Shown piece by piece: positions 12,456 to 28,360 of a stretch of 64,000 nucleotides of DNA. Positions within the stretch are counted from its first letter, which is position 1. Each line of letters starts with the position of its first letter. Location of the stretch: the NCBI RefSeq assembly GCF_009914755.1, contig NC_060931.1; one strand, written 5' to 3'. Made by a program: the position numbers and the translations under genes. The notes under the pieces were generated by a model that saw nothing but the letters and a program-made list of their open reading frames with translations, did not search any database and was not told the origin of the DNA. This DNA comes from the human T2T-CHM13v2.0 reference genome, Homo sapiens.

Positions 12456-14036
12456 GTTTGCTATTTTTCTAGGTAAAGGCAGCTCTAATGGCTTCCATTT
12501 GGCCTTACCACCATAGTAGACCTCACACTACCAGTCAGGGAGCCAATGTGGGGGTTCTGCCAGCTGCTAAGTATTTCTATGCCAATTAGGCATTCTGGCA
12601 CTGGGAAAATGACCCAGGATGAGTCTGGAGACCCACTGGGCCCACTATAAGTCAGAACTGAGCTAAAACTCATTAATTACCTGACCTCCGTAAGTCCCTA
12701 CTTTAACTGGAGGACAATTACATTTTGGGTCCCCTGGAATCAACATCAGCTCAGAGCCACTGTCCAGTAGTCCCCGAGATGTCTGACCATTTCCCTTTCC
12801 CCAATGTATAGTTACCTTGGTAAAAGGCTGGAGGTCTTCTTGGGGAAGGATGGGAGAAAGATACAAGCCATAAATTGTTGGTAATGTAGCGGGGTCCTTC
12901 CTCAAGGGGACTCAGCCTTCCCTTCATTCAATGGGTTCTGAGTCTGTAAACTGGCTCAAGTCTGGAAATTGATTGAGGAGCCATGGTTCTCTGTTTTTAT
13001 AATTCAGAGTAGTCTTTTGTCCATTCAACCTAAATTTTCTGCTTATATAAATTAAGTGGGAATGCAATAAACTTCCTATCAATTTCACTTCTGGGGACAC
13101 CATGATTAATTAGCCAAAGCCGGAGCTCTACACAAGTCAGACTATTCTGATTGCTGCTTTGTCTTTTCTGTCCGTTACGGTAGCTATGCCTACCTTACCT
13201 TTGACAGTTGAGTGCCACCACTTGGCTCTTGCCACATTGGGATCTAATTATTCCCATCGTATTTAAATTTTGTAGTTGAGTGACTGCAGTTCCCACTCTG
13301 ACATACAGAGAAGAGCAATTACAGGCCTCTTCAAAGATGCAGGTGCTGCCCTCACAAATCTATTTTGTAAAGCATTGGTCAAGGGTATATCTTCTGGACC
13401 CTCCCAGTTGTGATGAGTAGGACTAAAGTGACTAATCCACTCCACCATCCCAATCTCCCTAAGCCTTTGGATCCCTTCCTCTACATTAAACCAAGGGAGA
13501 TAAGGCATTTCCAGTTCACTCACAGTGGGCCATCTTCTCATCCACATTTCAGCTAACCAAGCAAATAAACTATTAGAACCTTTTTTAACTCCCTAAGCTG
13601 CAACATTAAATGCAGAGTCCCTACTAAGTGAACCCAAATCAATAAATTCAGCCTGATCCAACTCTATGTTCCTTCTACCATTATCCTGTACCCTTCCCAT
13701 TCCTGTTCTCTGGATTTCTGTTTATATAAATTAGAGAACTCAAGCAGTTCTTTTTGAGTGTAGCATACCTCTTCATGAGTAACACTCTCAACCTCACCTC
13801 TAGGGGCCTACCAGGACTTTAGTTATAAGTCTAGAAGCAAGCAGGGGTGTTGGGGGTGGCTTCTAAGGAGAATCAACATTATTTTGCCTGGCAACTGACT
13901 CAGGGGAGGCCATCACTGTTACCTCAGGCAGGGGAGAGTTTATCTCCTCAGACAAAGGTGAAAAGGCTGATGGCAGCATGGGTCGGGGAGGGGATGTAGC
14001 CACTACTGGGGATGGGGAAGCTGTTTCTTCTGGTAA

Positions 14037-14660
<624 letters not shown>

Positions 14661-14982
14661 TGAGTTCATCATTTTCTTTCATCACTTTGTCCACTGAACT
14701 TAGAAGCAACCAACCAGCTTCATTATGTTCCTTGGTTCTCCACATGTGGTCAAAGGTATTATGTATAAAGTCACTAAACTCCTTGCCTCTCACAAGCGAT
14801 GAATCAGGAGTGTCAAATGCATTTATTTTGCATAAGCCTCCGAACAGTTCATGTCAAGAACTATCAGTGTTCTCCATACTATTAGAGTCCTTAACATTTT
14901 TTGGTCTAATCATATTAAGCAGCCAACTCCAGAAACCCCAAAATCAATGAAAGAACTCTATCCTTAATATTCTGTTCCTCTA

Positions 14983-15000
14983 GAACCACTCCTGGTACCA
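14983..15000 (-). other. HERV-L primer-binding site (tRNA-Leu)
   Basis: Minus strand TGGTACCAGGAGTGGTTC, 5 nt after the LTR's ...TAATACA end. Complementary to a tRNA-Leu 3' end (...CCACTCCTGGTACCA). Confidence 0.88.
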
Positions 15001-15005
15001 AAATC

Positions 15006-15446
15006 TGTATTAGTTAGGGTTCCCTAGACGGACAGAACAGATAGGATAGATATATCTATATGAAGGGGAGTTTATTAAGTATTAACTTACATGATCCCAA
15101 AGTTCCACAGTAGGCTGTCTGCAAGCCTGAGGAGCAAGCAGGGCCAGTCCGAGTCTCAAAACTGAAGAACCTGGAGTCTGATGTTTGAGAACAGGAAGCA
15201 TTCAGCATGGGAGAAAGATGTAGGCTGGGAGGCTAGGCCAGTCTCACCTTTTCATATTTTTTTGCTTGCTTTATATTCACTGGCAGCTGATTAGATTGTG
15301 CCCATCAGATTAAGGGTGGGTCTGCCTTCCCCAGCCCACTGACTCAAATGTTAATCTCCTTTGGCAACACCCTCACAGACACACCCAGGATCAATACTTT
15401 GCATCCTTCAATCCAATCAAGTTGACACTCAGTATTAACCATCACA
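15006..15446 (-). mobile_element. Complete MLT2A LTR (HERV-L 5' LTR, inverted)
   Basis: Minus strand TGTGATGGTTAATACTGAGTGTCAACTTGATTGG...CCCTAACTAATACA, followed directly by the PBS. Confidence 0.93.
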
Positions 15447-15527
15447 AGTCCACCCCTTGTCAACTTGAACCCATACACATCTCCTGAGATCATATATAAT
15501 CTTCAAATAAAAACAATAATAAGGTCA

Positions 15528-16103
15528 TAATTATGCCTAACATAATACAACTATCACAACTATCCTTCACACAACCAGAAATGCATCAATCCCCAGCTCA
15601 AATACTATTACGTAAGGTTAACGATGCTTAAATGCTGATATGAAGCCAATAAATCTTATGTTGTATGATAAAGGGAATAAAATGAAGATATTTTCTTAGT
15701 ACAACTGTGTACATGCACAAACATGTTTTTAACAAAAGAGGGAAATACCCATGACTCAACTTGGACACTGTTGGTGTATAGAAATGCTACTCATTTTTGT
15801 ACATTGATTTTGTATCTTGAAACTTTGCTGAAGTTGTTTCATCAGATCTAGGAGCTTATGGGGTTTTCTCAATATAGAATCATATCATCTACAAACAGAG
15901 ATAGTTTGACTTCCTCTCTTTCTATTTAGATGCCTTTTATTTCTTTATCTTGCATGGTTACTCTGGCAAAGACTTTCAGTACTATGTCGAATAGAGGTTA
16001 CCGGAAAGAGCTCCCAATTCAAACCCCAAGAGAGGGTTCTTGGACCTCTCACAAAAAAGAATTCAGGATGAGTCCATAAAGTGAAAGCACGTTTATTAAG
16101 AAA
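15528..16103 (-). repeat. Right arm of a 576-bp inverted duplication
   Basis: Contains the same MER41|L1|HERV-L junctions as 11880-12455, in reverse orientation. Confidence 0.96.
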
Positions 16104-19100
16104 TGCCTTTTTCTCCATTCCTGTCCATAAGGCCCTCCAGAAGCAATTTGCCTTCAGCTGGCAAGGCCAGCAATATACCTTTACTGTCCTACCTCAGGGG
16201 TATATCAACTCTCCAGCTTTGTGTCATAGTCTTATTCAGAGAGACCTTGGTAACTTTTTGCTTCTGCATGATATCACACTGGTCCATTGCATTGATGACA
16301 TTATGCTGGTTGGATCCAGTGAGCAAGAAGTAGCAAACACACTGGACTTATTGATGAGACATTTGTGTGGCAGAGGATGGGAAATAAATCCAACTAAAAT
16401 CCAGGCACCTGTTACCTCAGTAAAATTTCTAGGGGTCCAGTGGTGTGGGACCTGTTGAGATATTCCTTCTAAGGTAAAGGATAAGTTGGTGCATTTGGCC
16501 CCTCCTACAACCAAGAAAGAGGCACAATACCTAGTGGGTCTATTTGCATTTTTGGAGGCAACACATTTCTCATTCGGGTGTGTTACTCCGGCCCATTTAT
16601 CAAGTAACCTGAAAGGCTGCCAGTTTTGAGTGGGGTCAAGAACAAGGGAAGGCTCTGCAACAGGTCCAGGCTGTTGTGCAAGCTGCTCTGCCATTTGGGC
16701 CATATGACACAGCAGGTCCAATGGTGCTTGAGGTATCAGTGGCAGATAGGGATGCTGTTTGGAGTCTTTGGCAGGCCCCCATAGGTGAATCACAGCAGAG
16801 GACTCTAGGATTTTGGAGCAAAGCCCTGCCATCTTCTGCAGATAACTACTCTCCTTTTGAGAGACAGCTCTTGGCCTGTTACTGGGCTTTGGTGGAAACT
16901 GATCGTTTGACCGTGGGTCATTAAGTCACCACGCGACCTCAATTGCCTATCATGAACTGGGTGCTTTTTGACCCATCTAGCCATAAAGTGGGTCATGCAA
17001 AGCAGCATTCCATCATAAAATGGAAGTGGCATATGTGTGACTGGGCTCAAGCGTGTCCTGAAGGCACAAATAAGTTACATGAGGAAGTGGCTCAAATGCC
17101 CATGTTCTCCACTCCTGCCACCCTGCCTTCTCTTCCCCAGCCTGCACCAATGGCCTCATGGGGAGTTCCCTATGATCAGTTGACAGAGGAAGAGAAGACT
17201 AGGGCATTGTTCACAGATGGTTCTGCACAATATGCAGGCACCACCCAAAAGCAGACAGCTGTAGCACTACAGCCCCTTTCTAGGACATTCCTGAAGGACA
17301 GCAGTGAAGGGAAAACTTTCCAGTGGGGAGAACTTCGAGCAGTGCGCCTGACTGTGCACTTTGCATGGAAGGAGAAATGGCCAGATGTGCGATTATATAC
17401 TGATTCATGGGCTGTAGCCAATGGTTTGGCTGGATGGTCAGGGACTTGGAAGAAGCATGATTGGAAAATTGGTGACAAAGAAATTTGGGGAGGAGGTATA
17501 TAGATGGACCTCTCTGAGTGGTCAAAAACTGTGAAGATATTTGTATCCCATGTGAGTGCTCAGCAATGGGTGACCTCAGCAGAGGAGGATTTTAATAATC
17601 AAGTAGAGAGGATGACCCATTCTGTGGACACCACTCATCCTCTTTCCCCAGCCACCTCTTCATTGCCCAATGGGCCCATGAACAAAGTGGCCATGGTGGC
17701 AGGGATGGAGGTTGCGCATGGGCTCAACAACATGGATTTCCACTCACCAAGGCTGACCTGGCTATGGCCACTGCTGAGTGCCCAATTTGCCAGCAGCAGA
17801 GACCAACACTGAGTCCTCAATATGGCACCATTCCTCGGGGTGATCATCAAGCTACCTGGTGGCAGGTTGATTATATTGGACCTCTTCCATCATGGAAAGG
17901 GCAGAGGTTTGTCCTCACTGGAATAGGCACTTACTCCAGATATGGGTTTACCTATTCTGCATGCAATACTTCTGCCAAGACTACCATCTGTGGACTCATG
18001 GAATGCCTTATCCACCATCATGGTATTCCACACAGCATTACCTCTGACCAAGGCACTCACGTTACAGCTAAAGCAGTGAGGCAGTGGGCTCATGCTCATG
18101 AAATTCACTTGTCTTACCATGTTCCCCAACATCCTGAGCAGCTGGATTGATAGAATAGTGGAATGGCCTTTTGAAGTCACAATTACAACACCAACTAGGT
18201 GACAACACTTTGCAGGGCTAGGGCAAAGTTCTCCAGAAGGCTATGTATGTTCTGAATCAGTGTCCAATATATGGCACTGTTTTTCCCATAGCTAGGATTC
18301 ACGGGTCCAGGAATCAAGTGGTGGAAGTGGAAGTGGCACCACTCACCATCACCCCTAGTGATACACTAGCAAAATTTTTGCTTCATGTTCCTGAGACATT
18401 ACCTTCTGCTGGCCTAGAGGTCTTAGTTCCAGAGGGAAGAACGCTAACACCAGGAGACACAACAATGATTCCATTAAACTGGAAGTAAAGATTGTCACCT
18501 GGCCACTGTGGGCTCCTCCTACCTTTAAGTCAACAGGCTAAGAAGAGACTTACAGTGTTGGCTGGGGTGATTGACCTGGGCTATCAAGATGAAATCACTC
18601 TACTACTCCATAACAGAGGTAAGGAAGAGTATGCACGGAATACAGGAGATCCATTAGGGTGGCTCTTAGTATTACCATGCCCTGTGGTTAAGGTCAATGG
18701 GAAACTACAACAGCCCAATCCAGGCGGGACCCCAAATGGTCCAGACCCTTCAGGAATGAAGGTTTGGGTCACTCCACCAGGAAAAAAACACAACCTGCTG
18801 AGGTGCTTGCTGAAGGCAAAGGGAATATAGAATGGGTAATAGAAGAAGGTAGTCATCAATACCAGCTACGACTATGTGACCTGCTGCAGAAATGAGAACT
18901 GTAACTGTCATGAGTATTTCCTCCTTCTTTTGTTAAAAACATATTTGTGCATGTAAACACTTGTGCTAATAAAATATCTTCATTTTATTTCCTTTTCCTT
19001 TATCATGTGACATAAGATTTATTGACTTCATATTAGTATTTAAGTATTGTTAACCTTATATTAATAGTATTTGGGTTGGGGATGGTGCATTTCTGGTTGT

Positions 19101-19215
19101 ACAAAGGATAGTTGTATTATGTTAGCCATAATTATGACCTTATTATTGTCTTTATTTGAAGATTATGTATGATCTCAGGAGATGTGTATGGGTTTAAGTT
19201 GACAAGGGGTGGACT
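16101..19215 (+). mobile_element. HERV-L internal region: degraded RT, RNase H, integrase, dUTPase and 3' untranslated region
   Basis: Motifs NAFFSIPV, LPQGYINSP, CIDD (decayed YIDD), FTDGS, CPIC, WQVDYIGPLP, SDQG and dUTPase-like AGVIDLGYQDEI. Many stops and frameshifts; no env. Confidence 0.95.
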
Positions 19216-19529
19216 TGCGATGGTTAATACTTAGTGTCAACTTGACTAGATTGAAGGATGCAAAGTATTGATCCTGGGTATGTCTATGAGGGTGTTGCCA
19301 AAGGAGATTAACATTTGAGTCAGTGGGCTGGGGAAGGCAGACCCACTCTTAATCTGATGGGCACAATCTAATCAGCTGTCAGCAAATATAAAGCAGGCAG
19401 AAAAATGTGAAAAGGCAAGAGTGGCCTAGCATCCCAGCCTACATCTTTCTCCCATGCTGGATGCTTCCTGCCCTCAAACATCGGACTCCAAGTTCTTCAG
19501 TTTTGAGACTTGGACTGGCTGTCCTTGCT
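19216..19529 (+). mobile_element. MLT2A 3' LTR, truncated at its 3' end
   Basis: Starts TGCGATGGTTAATACT after 'aaggggtggact'. Homologous to the first ~315 nt of the 15006-15446 LTR, then switches abruptly to L1. Confidence 0.9.
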
Positions 19530-21030
19530 AGTCCAATGGCATTCTTCACAGAATTAGAAAGAAACTATTTTAAAATTCATGTGGAACCAAAAAAGAGCCC
19601 AAATAGCCAAGGCAATCCTAAGCAAAAAGAACAAAGCTGGAGGCATCACATGACTGAACTTCAAACAATACTACAAGACTAAAGTTACCAAAATAACATG
19701 GTACTAGTACAGAAACAGACATGTAGACCAATGAAACAGAATAGAGAGTCCAGAAATAATGCCACCCAGCTACAACCACCTAATCTTTAACAAAATTGAC
19801 AAAACAAGCAGTGGGGAAAGGACTCCTTATTCAATAAATGGGGCTGGGATAACTGGCTAACTATATGCAGAAGATTCAGACTGGACCACACCTTTCTTAT
19901 ACCATACAAAAATCAACTCAAGATGGATTAAAGACTTAAATATAAAACCTAAAGGTATAAAAACCCTGGAGGGCAACCTACAAAATACTATTCTCAAAAA
20001 GATTTCATAATGAAGATGCCAAAAGCAACTGCAACAAAAACAAAAATTGGCAAATGAGACTTAATTAAACTAAAGAGCTTCTGCACAACAAAAGAAACTA
20101 TCAACAAACAACTGCAGAATGGGAGAAAATATTTGCAAACTCTGAATCCAACAAAGGCCTAATATCCAGAATACATAAGGAACTTAAATTAGCAAACAAC
20201 AAACAACCCATTAAAAAGTGGGCAAAGGATGAAAACAGACACTTTTCAAAAGAAGACATACCCATGGTAAAAAAGCATATGAAAAAACACTCAACATCAC
20301 TAATCATTGGAGAAATGCAAATCAAAACCACAATGAGATACTGTCTCACACCAGTCAGAATGGCTATTATAAAATTAAAAAAATAACAGATGCTGGTGAG
20401 GTTGTAGAGAAAAGGGAGTGCTTATACACTGCTGGCGGGAATGTAAATTAGTTCAGCCATTGTAGAAAGCAGCTCAGCAATTTCTCAAAGAACTTAAAAC
20501 AGAATTATGATTTGACCCAGCAATCCCATTACTGGGTATATACCCAAAGGAATGTAAATCATTCTACCATAAAGACATACATATGTATATGTTTATCACA
20601 GCGCTATTCACAATAGCAGACATGGAATCAACCTAAATGCCCATCAATGGACTGGATAAAGAAAATGTGGTACACATATACATGGAATACTATGGAGCCA
20701 GAGCCATAAAAAAGAATGAGATCATGTCCTTTGCAGGGACATGGTTGGAGCTGGAGGCCATTATCCTATGTGAGTAAATGCAGGAACAGAAAACCAAATA
20801 CTGTGTCTTCTCACTTGTAAGTGGGAACTAAACATTGAACACACATGGGAACAAAGAAGGGAACAAGAGACTGTGGCCTACTTGAGGGTAGAAGGTGGTA
20901 GGAGGGTGAGGATAGAAAAATTGCCTATCAGTTACTATGCTTATTACCTGGGTGGCAAAATAATCTGTACACCAAACCGCCGTGACACACAGTTTACCTA
21001 TGTAACAAACCTGCGCATGTAACCCTGAAG
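19530..21030 (+). mobile_element. L1 (L1PB/old L1PA) ORF2 3' part and 3' UTR
   Basis: 'ccaatggcattcttcacagaattagaaa' through 'gtaacaaacctgcgcatgtaaccctgaa'. Confidence 0.9.
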
Positions 21031-22590
21031 CTACAATAGACTTTTTTTTTTAAAGCATAGTAATGGCACAAATAAGACATATAGACCAACGTAACAGAAT
21101 AGGAAACCCAGAAATAAACCCATGAATATACAGTCAACAAATTTTTGACAAGGTGTCAAGATACACAATGAGTAAAGGACAGTCTGTTTAATAAATGGTG
21201 CCAAAGAACTGAATATCCACAAGCAAAAGAGTGAAACTGGACCCTTCTCTTACACCATACACACATATCAACTCAAAATGGATTAAAGACTTAAACACAA
21301 AACCTGAAATCATAAAACTACTAGAAGAAAACAAAGAGGAAAAGTTTCTTGACATTGGTCTTGGCAATGATTTTTTTTTTTATTTGACACCAAAAGCACA
21401 GGCAATAAAAGCCAAAATAAAAAATGGGACTACCTCAAACTAAAAAATTTCTGGTCAGCAAGTGAAACAATCAACAAAATTAAAAGGCAACCCATGAATT
21501 GGGAGAAAATATTTGCAAATTACATATCCAATAAGGGTTTAATATCAAAATATATAAGGAACTCATACAACTCAACAGCAAAAACAAAACAAAAGAAAAA
21601 CAAGCCAATTATAAAATGGAAAATGTATCTGAATAGACACTTTTCAAAATAAGATATACAAATAGCTAACAGGTATATGAAAACATGCTCAACATCACGA
21701 ATCATCAGGGAAATGCAAATGAACACCACGATGAAATACAACCACATGCTTGTTAGGGTGACCGTTATCAAACAGACAAAAGATAACAAGTGCCGGCGAG
21801 GATGTGGAGAAAAGGGAACCCTTGTATGCTGTTGGTGGGAATGTAAATTGGCACAGCCATTATGGTTCCTGAAAAAGCTAACTATAGAATTGCCATGTGA
21901 TCCAGCAATTTCACCTCTGAGTATATAGCCAAAGGAAATGAAATCAGTATCTCAAAGAGTTATCTGCACTCCTGTGTTTACTGGAGTATCATTCACAATA
22001 ACATGAAATCATTCACGGTAGATATGGAACCAACCTAACTGTCCATCAAGAGAAGAATGGATAAAGCAAATGTCGCATATGTACACAATCGAATACTATT
22101 CAGCCATAAAAAGAAGGAAATGCTGTCATTTGCAGCAACATGGGTGAACCTGGAGAACATTATCTTATATGAGATAAGGCAGGCAGAAAGACAAATATTG
22201 AGTGATCTCACTTATATGTGGAATCCAAAAATGTTGAACTTATAGATGCAGAGAGTAGAATGGTTTCCAGGGACTGAGGGGAGGGGGAAATGGGACAATG
22301 TCAGTCAAAGGGTACAAAGTTTCCATTGTGTAGGAGGAATAAGTTCTGGGGATCTCGTGTACAGCATGGTGACTGTAGTTAATAATAATGTATTGTATAC
22401 TTGAAATTTGCTAGGAGAGCAGATCTTGTGTTCTCACTGTACACACAAAAATGGTGACTATATGAGGGGATGGATATATCAATTAGCTTGATTGTGGCAA
22501 TCATTTCACTATGTATATATATCAAAACATGTACATGTAAAATAGATACAATTTTTAATTGACCATTATACCTCAATAAAGCTAAAGGAA
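21031..22590 (+). mobile_element. L1MA-type 3' fragment
   Basis: A second copy of the ORF2 C-terminal region, ending in 'tatacctcaataaagct'. Confidence 0.85.
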
Positions 22591-22922
22591 AATTTGTTTA
22601 CTTGTTTTCTATTTAATTAATTTCAGACTTTTCTTTACTAACATGGTTCTCATATGACATTTAAATTTATTCTATAGTTCTTTAACCTCTGAAGTTGGGT
22701 TCTTACCTTTTTTATTTTTAGCCTTCTTTCTTCCTATTTAACTATTGGAAGCTATAAATTTCTTATTAAGTACTGTTTCCATTGCATCTTTTAAGTTTTG
22801 ATATTTTTTATTTATTTTTGCTCAGTGTTAAGGATTTGTTATTTTTTTGTTATGCCATTTTGAGTCATGATTTATTTAGAAATGTGTTTAAAAATTCTAC
22901 ATATGTAGGAACATTTCAGCAA

Positions 22923-23443
22923 TTTTTTTTTTATACACTAAGTTCTGGGGTGCATGTTCACAACGTGCAGGTTTGTTACATAGCTATACATGTGCTGTGT
23001 TGGTTTGCTGCACCCATCAACTTGTCATCTACATTAGGTATTTCTCCTAATGCTATCCCTCCCCCAGCCCCCCACCCCCCGACAGGCCCCAGTGTGTGAT
23101 GTTCCCCTCCCTGGTTCCATGTGTTCTCATTGTTCAACTCCCACTTAATGAGTGAGAACATGCGGTGTTTGGTTTTCTCTTCTTGTGTTACTTTGCTGAG
23201 AATGATGGCTTCCAGTTTCATCCATGTCCCTGCAAAGGACAGGAACTCATCCTTTTTTTATGGCTGCATAGTATTACATGGTGTATATGTGCCACATTTT
23301 CTTTATCCAGTCTATCATTGATGGGCATTTGGGTTGGTTCCAAGACTTTGCTATTGTGAACAGTAGTGCAATAAACATATGTGAGCATGTGTCTTTATGG
23401 TAGAATGACTTATAATCCTTTGGGTGTATACCCAGTAATGGGA
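22923..23443 (-). mobile_element. 5'-truncated L1PA insertion
   Basis: L1PA 3' UTR in reverse. TSD ttcagcaattttttt at ~22915 and ~23444. Confidence 0.92.
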
Positions 23444-24361
23444 TTCAGCAATTTTTTTTAACAAAATACATTTTAATTTTATTGTGACCAGATAACTGGT
23501 CTGTAGGAATCCGAGTCTTTGAGACTTTTGAGGTTTACTTTGTGAGTTAGTATTACATTTTTGTAAATGTTGCATATGTGCTTGGAAGAATCTGTATTCT
23601 CTAATTGTGTACAACACAGCTCTTGATGCACAATAAATAAAGCAAATTTGTTAACAGTGTTGTTCAAATCTCCATTATCTATTAATTTTTTGTCAGCTTT
23701 ATCCATTAGTAATTGAGAGAGGTGGATTGAAATATACCACTCTAATGATAGGTTTGTCAATTTCTCCTTGTAATTCTAACAATTCTTACTTTATATACAT
23801 GGAGTTCACTCTTAGCGTGAAAGTTTAGAATTATTATATCTTCGTGACAAATTGAAGCTTTGGTCATTATGTTGTGAATTTCTGTATTCTTAATGCTTTT
23901 ATTATTAAAGTTGATTTTGCCTTATACTAATATTGCCAGCCAGCATTCTTTGACCAGAATTTGCATTGCTTTCCTGTTTCTTGACCTACAGCGTGTGTAC
24001 ATTATTATCTGTAGAGCTCTTGCAAATAATATATTGCTTAATTTTGTTTGTAGCCCTGGGTATTTATCTTTTAGTTCACTGTACAATACAGATCATCTTT
24101 CTGGGTTCATTTTATTTTCCTCCTGGAGTACTTCTTTAGAAGTTTCATTATTGTAGTGCAATATTTTGGTGCAATTCTTTTGGTCTTTGATTTTCTTGGA
24201 ATGTCTTTATTATCTTTTACATCATTTATTCTGCAAATTGCACAATTCTAGGTTGAGAGGTATTGTTTTCTCAGTTCTTTGAAATTATAATCCATGTTTT
24301 ATTACTTCTCTTTGTTGCTGTCAAAAAGTTTGTTGTCAGTTCACCTGTTGCAGTTGCATAG

Positions 24362-24767
<406 letters not shown>

Positions 24768-25004
24768 TCACCATTATCTTATTATTCGCTATCTGATAAT
24801 TACAACATCTGGGGTCTTTGAAGATCTAAATTTATCATTTGCTTTTCTGCTGGCTGTCACTGTCAGTAGTTTGTTCCCTTATATCTTTGATGATCTCTAG
24901 TTTGTTTATCTTAATCTGTGGAGTACTGGGGGCATAAATTTTGGATGCTTTCCCACAGAGAGTATTTAGGCTTCTACTGATAGCCAAGGGTACTTCTGAT
25001 CTGA

Positions 25005-25357
<353 letters not shown>

Positions 25358-25938
25358 AAAAACTTTCAAACATACCAAAAAGTGGAAAGAGTTTTCATTG
25401 ACTGAACCAATTCCATGAAAGTTATAGACACAGTGAAACTTCATCCCTGAGCACTTCAGTATGCATTGCCTAAAAATAAGGACATTAGTTCATCCTCCCT
25501 GTATCATTATCAATCTTAAGAAAATTAAGTCCACTGGCCACTTAGTCATTCTCTAATATCGTTCAAGACCAGGCCATGTTCACATTTCCATCACTGCTCC
25601 CCAAAAGCTCTATTATGGGCTTGCTTATATAAACTAGGATCCAATCAATATTCTTGGATTGCAACTGGTGATCAGTATGTTTCTTTTATTCTGGAACAGT
25701 CCTCATGCCTTTTTGTATAAAATAGAAGGTTTTATTTCCCCTTACATGTAATCATCCAAATGGGAGTGGGTGGTCTAGGGCAGGCTCATCCACCTACATC
25801 ATGGAATTCCATTCCTGGGTCCAAAGTGGTGGCTCCAGTTGTCATTTTCTACCAGACATCAGGAAGGAAGAAAGGAGGAGTGGAAGAAGCACCCTCCTGC
25901 ACCCTCCGCCCCCAACAGTGGGGCCAACCCTCTCCTGC

Positions 25939-26725
25939 TGAAACTGCCTTTGCAGATTATGGCAGTGAGAGAAGGCTAGCATGGATGACTCCACCTTGCA
26001 TCTAGCCTCACAGGCTGGCTCTCCTCACTCACTCCTGGGCATAGGCCAAGCTAACCACGGGAGGAATTTAGTTTATGGTTTAACTTTGAAACAAGGATGA
26101 TAATAGTTTCTGTCTAAAACTGACCCCCTTTTGTTTGGGGACTGAAACTACCTTTGTAAGACTAATGGAAGGCCACAGGATTAGGATTATGGGAGGGGCC
26201 TGAATTCAGCTAAAATGTAGGCAGAGTTAAATGATAACCAGCCATTGTTTTCCAGCTTGCTTTTCCATCATCCTTTGCTGCTCAGGAGTCATGTGGCCAG
26301 TGGTCACAAGATTGGTGACTCTCCTAACTGCTCTTATAGAAACTAAGATTGGTCTTTTGAGATGTTTTTCAGACTTTTGCATTATAGTGGCCAACTGACT
26401 CTACCTGAACCCATGACTCATGACTCAACTGGTCCTGTGACCCCCACCCAGAGGCTGGCTTAGCACACAAGGACAGGTTTTCTACACCCTTATGATTTCA
26501 TCCCCAACCAATCAGCCGCACCCATTCCCTAACCCCCTGCCCACCAAATTATCCATAAAATCCCTAGCCTCTAAGTTCTCCAGGAGGCTGATTTGAGTAA
26601 TTACTCCCACCCTTCTGTTTGGCTATACCTGTGATTATTAAACCTTTTCTCTACTGCAATACCACTGTCTCAGTGAATTGATTTTATCTGAGCAGCAGGC
26701 AGGAAGAATCCATCAGGCAATTACA
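25939..26725 (+). mobile_element. LTR8-family solo LTR (ERV1)
   Basis: Starts TGAAACTGCCTTTGCAGATTATGGCAGTGAGAGAA and ends ...CAGGCAATTACA. Contains ATTAAA near its 3' end. Confidence 0.82.
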
Positions 26726-27373
26726 CTTCTCCCCATGCCCACTTCCCTGCAGTGGGGCTCATCTTCTCTTCTTCCCCTCACCCACTCTCTTGCCCCCTCA
26801 CCCCAGTGGGGCTGATGCTCTCCTCTTCCCCTCCCCAACTGTTACCACTCCTGGGGCTGACCCTCTCCTCCTCCTATCTCCCATCCCCCTCAGTGGCTGA
26901 TCCTCTCCTCAGAAGGCCCTGGCTGTGACAATCTGGCTTCCTTCACTCCCCAGTCTCTCAGCACTTCCACAAAGGTCAATTAATCACTTCATTTGAGAGT
27001 CACCCTCCCTTTTACAGATGAAAATGTTGAGACCTAGAGATTAGGGTCTCACCTGGACAGTTGAGCAGAAAGAGACTGTGAAAGTAAGTAATTCAAAATT
27101 CAAGCTACTAAAACTCTAAATTATTTTTATTATGGGGCCTGAGTCATGTAACAGACAGCTGTAACCTAGGCAGCTGCAAACTTTTGTTCCTCTGATTACA
27201 AAGTTAAATCTTTCTATTAGCTGCATTGTTTTGTAAAACATTGTAAATGGCCAAAGGGCACCAGGAATACCCCTTTTCTCTCTGCTGCTGATTTTCATTG
27301 TAAATTCACCTCTCTCTTACCTTTTTCACCCAAAACTTCTTGGCTATCACATTTCGTTAAGGTAGAATGCTAA

Positions 27374-27478
27374 GGGAGCTGTGGTGGCTCAGGCTGGTTA
27401 CCCTGGCACTTGGGGTAGGTAAGGCTACACGTTCAAGGTCAACCCGGTCAACATTGATTTAAAAAAAAATTTTTTTTT
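27374..27478 (+). ncRNA. snaR/CAS/ASR-like Alu-left-monomer-derived Pol III element (probable retrocopy)
   Basis: About 105 nt with an A-box-like TGGCTCAGGCTGG (27385-27397), a B-box-like GTTCAAGGTC (27431-27440) and an A9 then T9 end. Segments 'gtggctcaggctggtt' and 'ggtcaacat' resemble snaR as I recall it. Confidence 0.7.
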
Positions 27479-27483
27479 AAAAA

Positions 27484-27975
<492 letters not shown>

Positions 27976-28360
27976 TTAACTAGGGAGCACTGACCCCATT
28001 TCTCTGGAGTTTGTGTGTCCTGGTGTGGCCATCCCCAGCTTTTTGCTTCAAGAAATCTTTAAAATGGGATTCTGGCCCTTTTGATTATTTTAGCTTGACA
28101 AGGTCAAGGGCAAATAATAAACCTGCAGAGTGTGCATTGGTAGATACTGAGCTTGGCAGATTTTCATAAAGTGAATGCCCCCTCCAAGTAACTCCCTCTA
28201 AAACTAAGGTACAGCACCCAGGAGCATCTCTAAGGCCTGCTTGGCATGCTCAAGGGCACAGGTGTGTGGCCCAGGGCCAGGGGCACAGGAGGCTGGGGTT
28301 TTGGGGCCATGTCTCTCCCACCCCAGTAGCCAAGAGCCAGCATGATCTGATGTTGCTGCA

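Noticed and set aside
16081-18830. RT, RNase H, integrase and dUTPase ORFs as a functional or novel RT system
   Set aside because: Ordinary decayed HERV-L pol: several stops and frameshifts, YIDD decayed to CIDD, and the RT N-terminus deleted.
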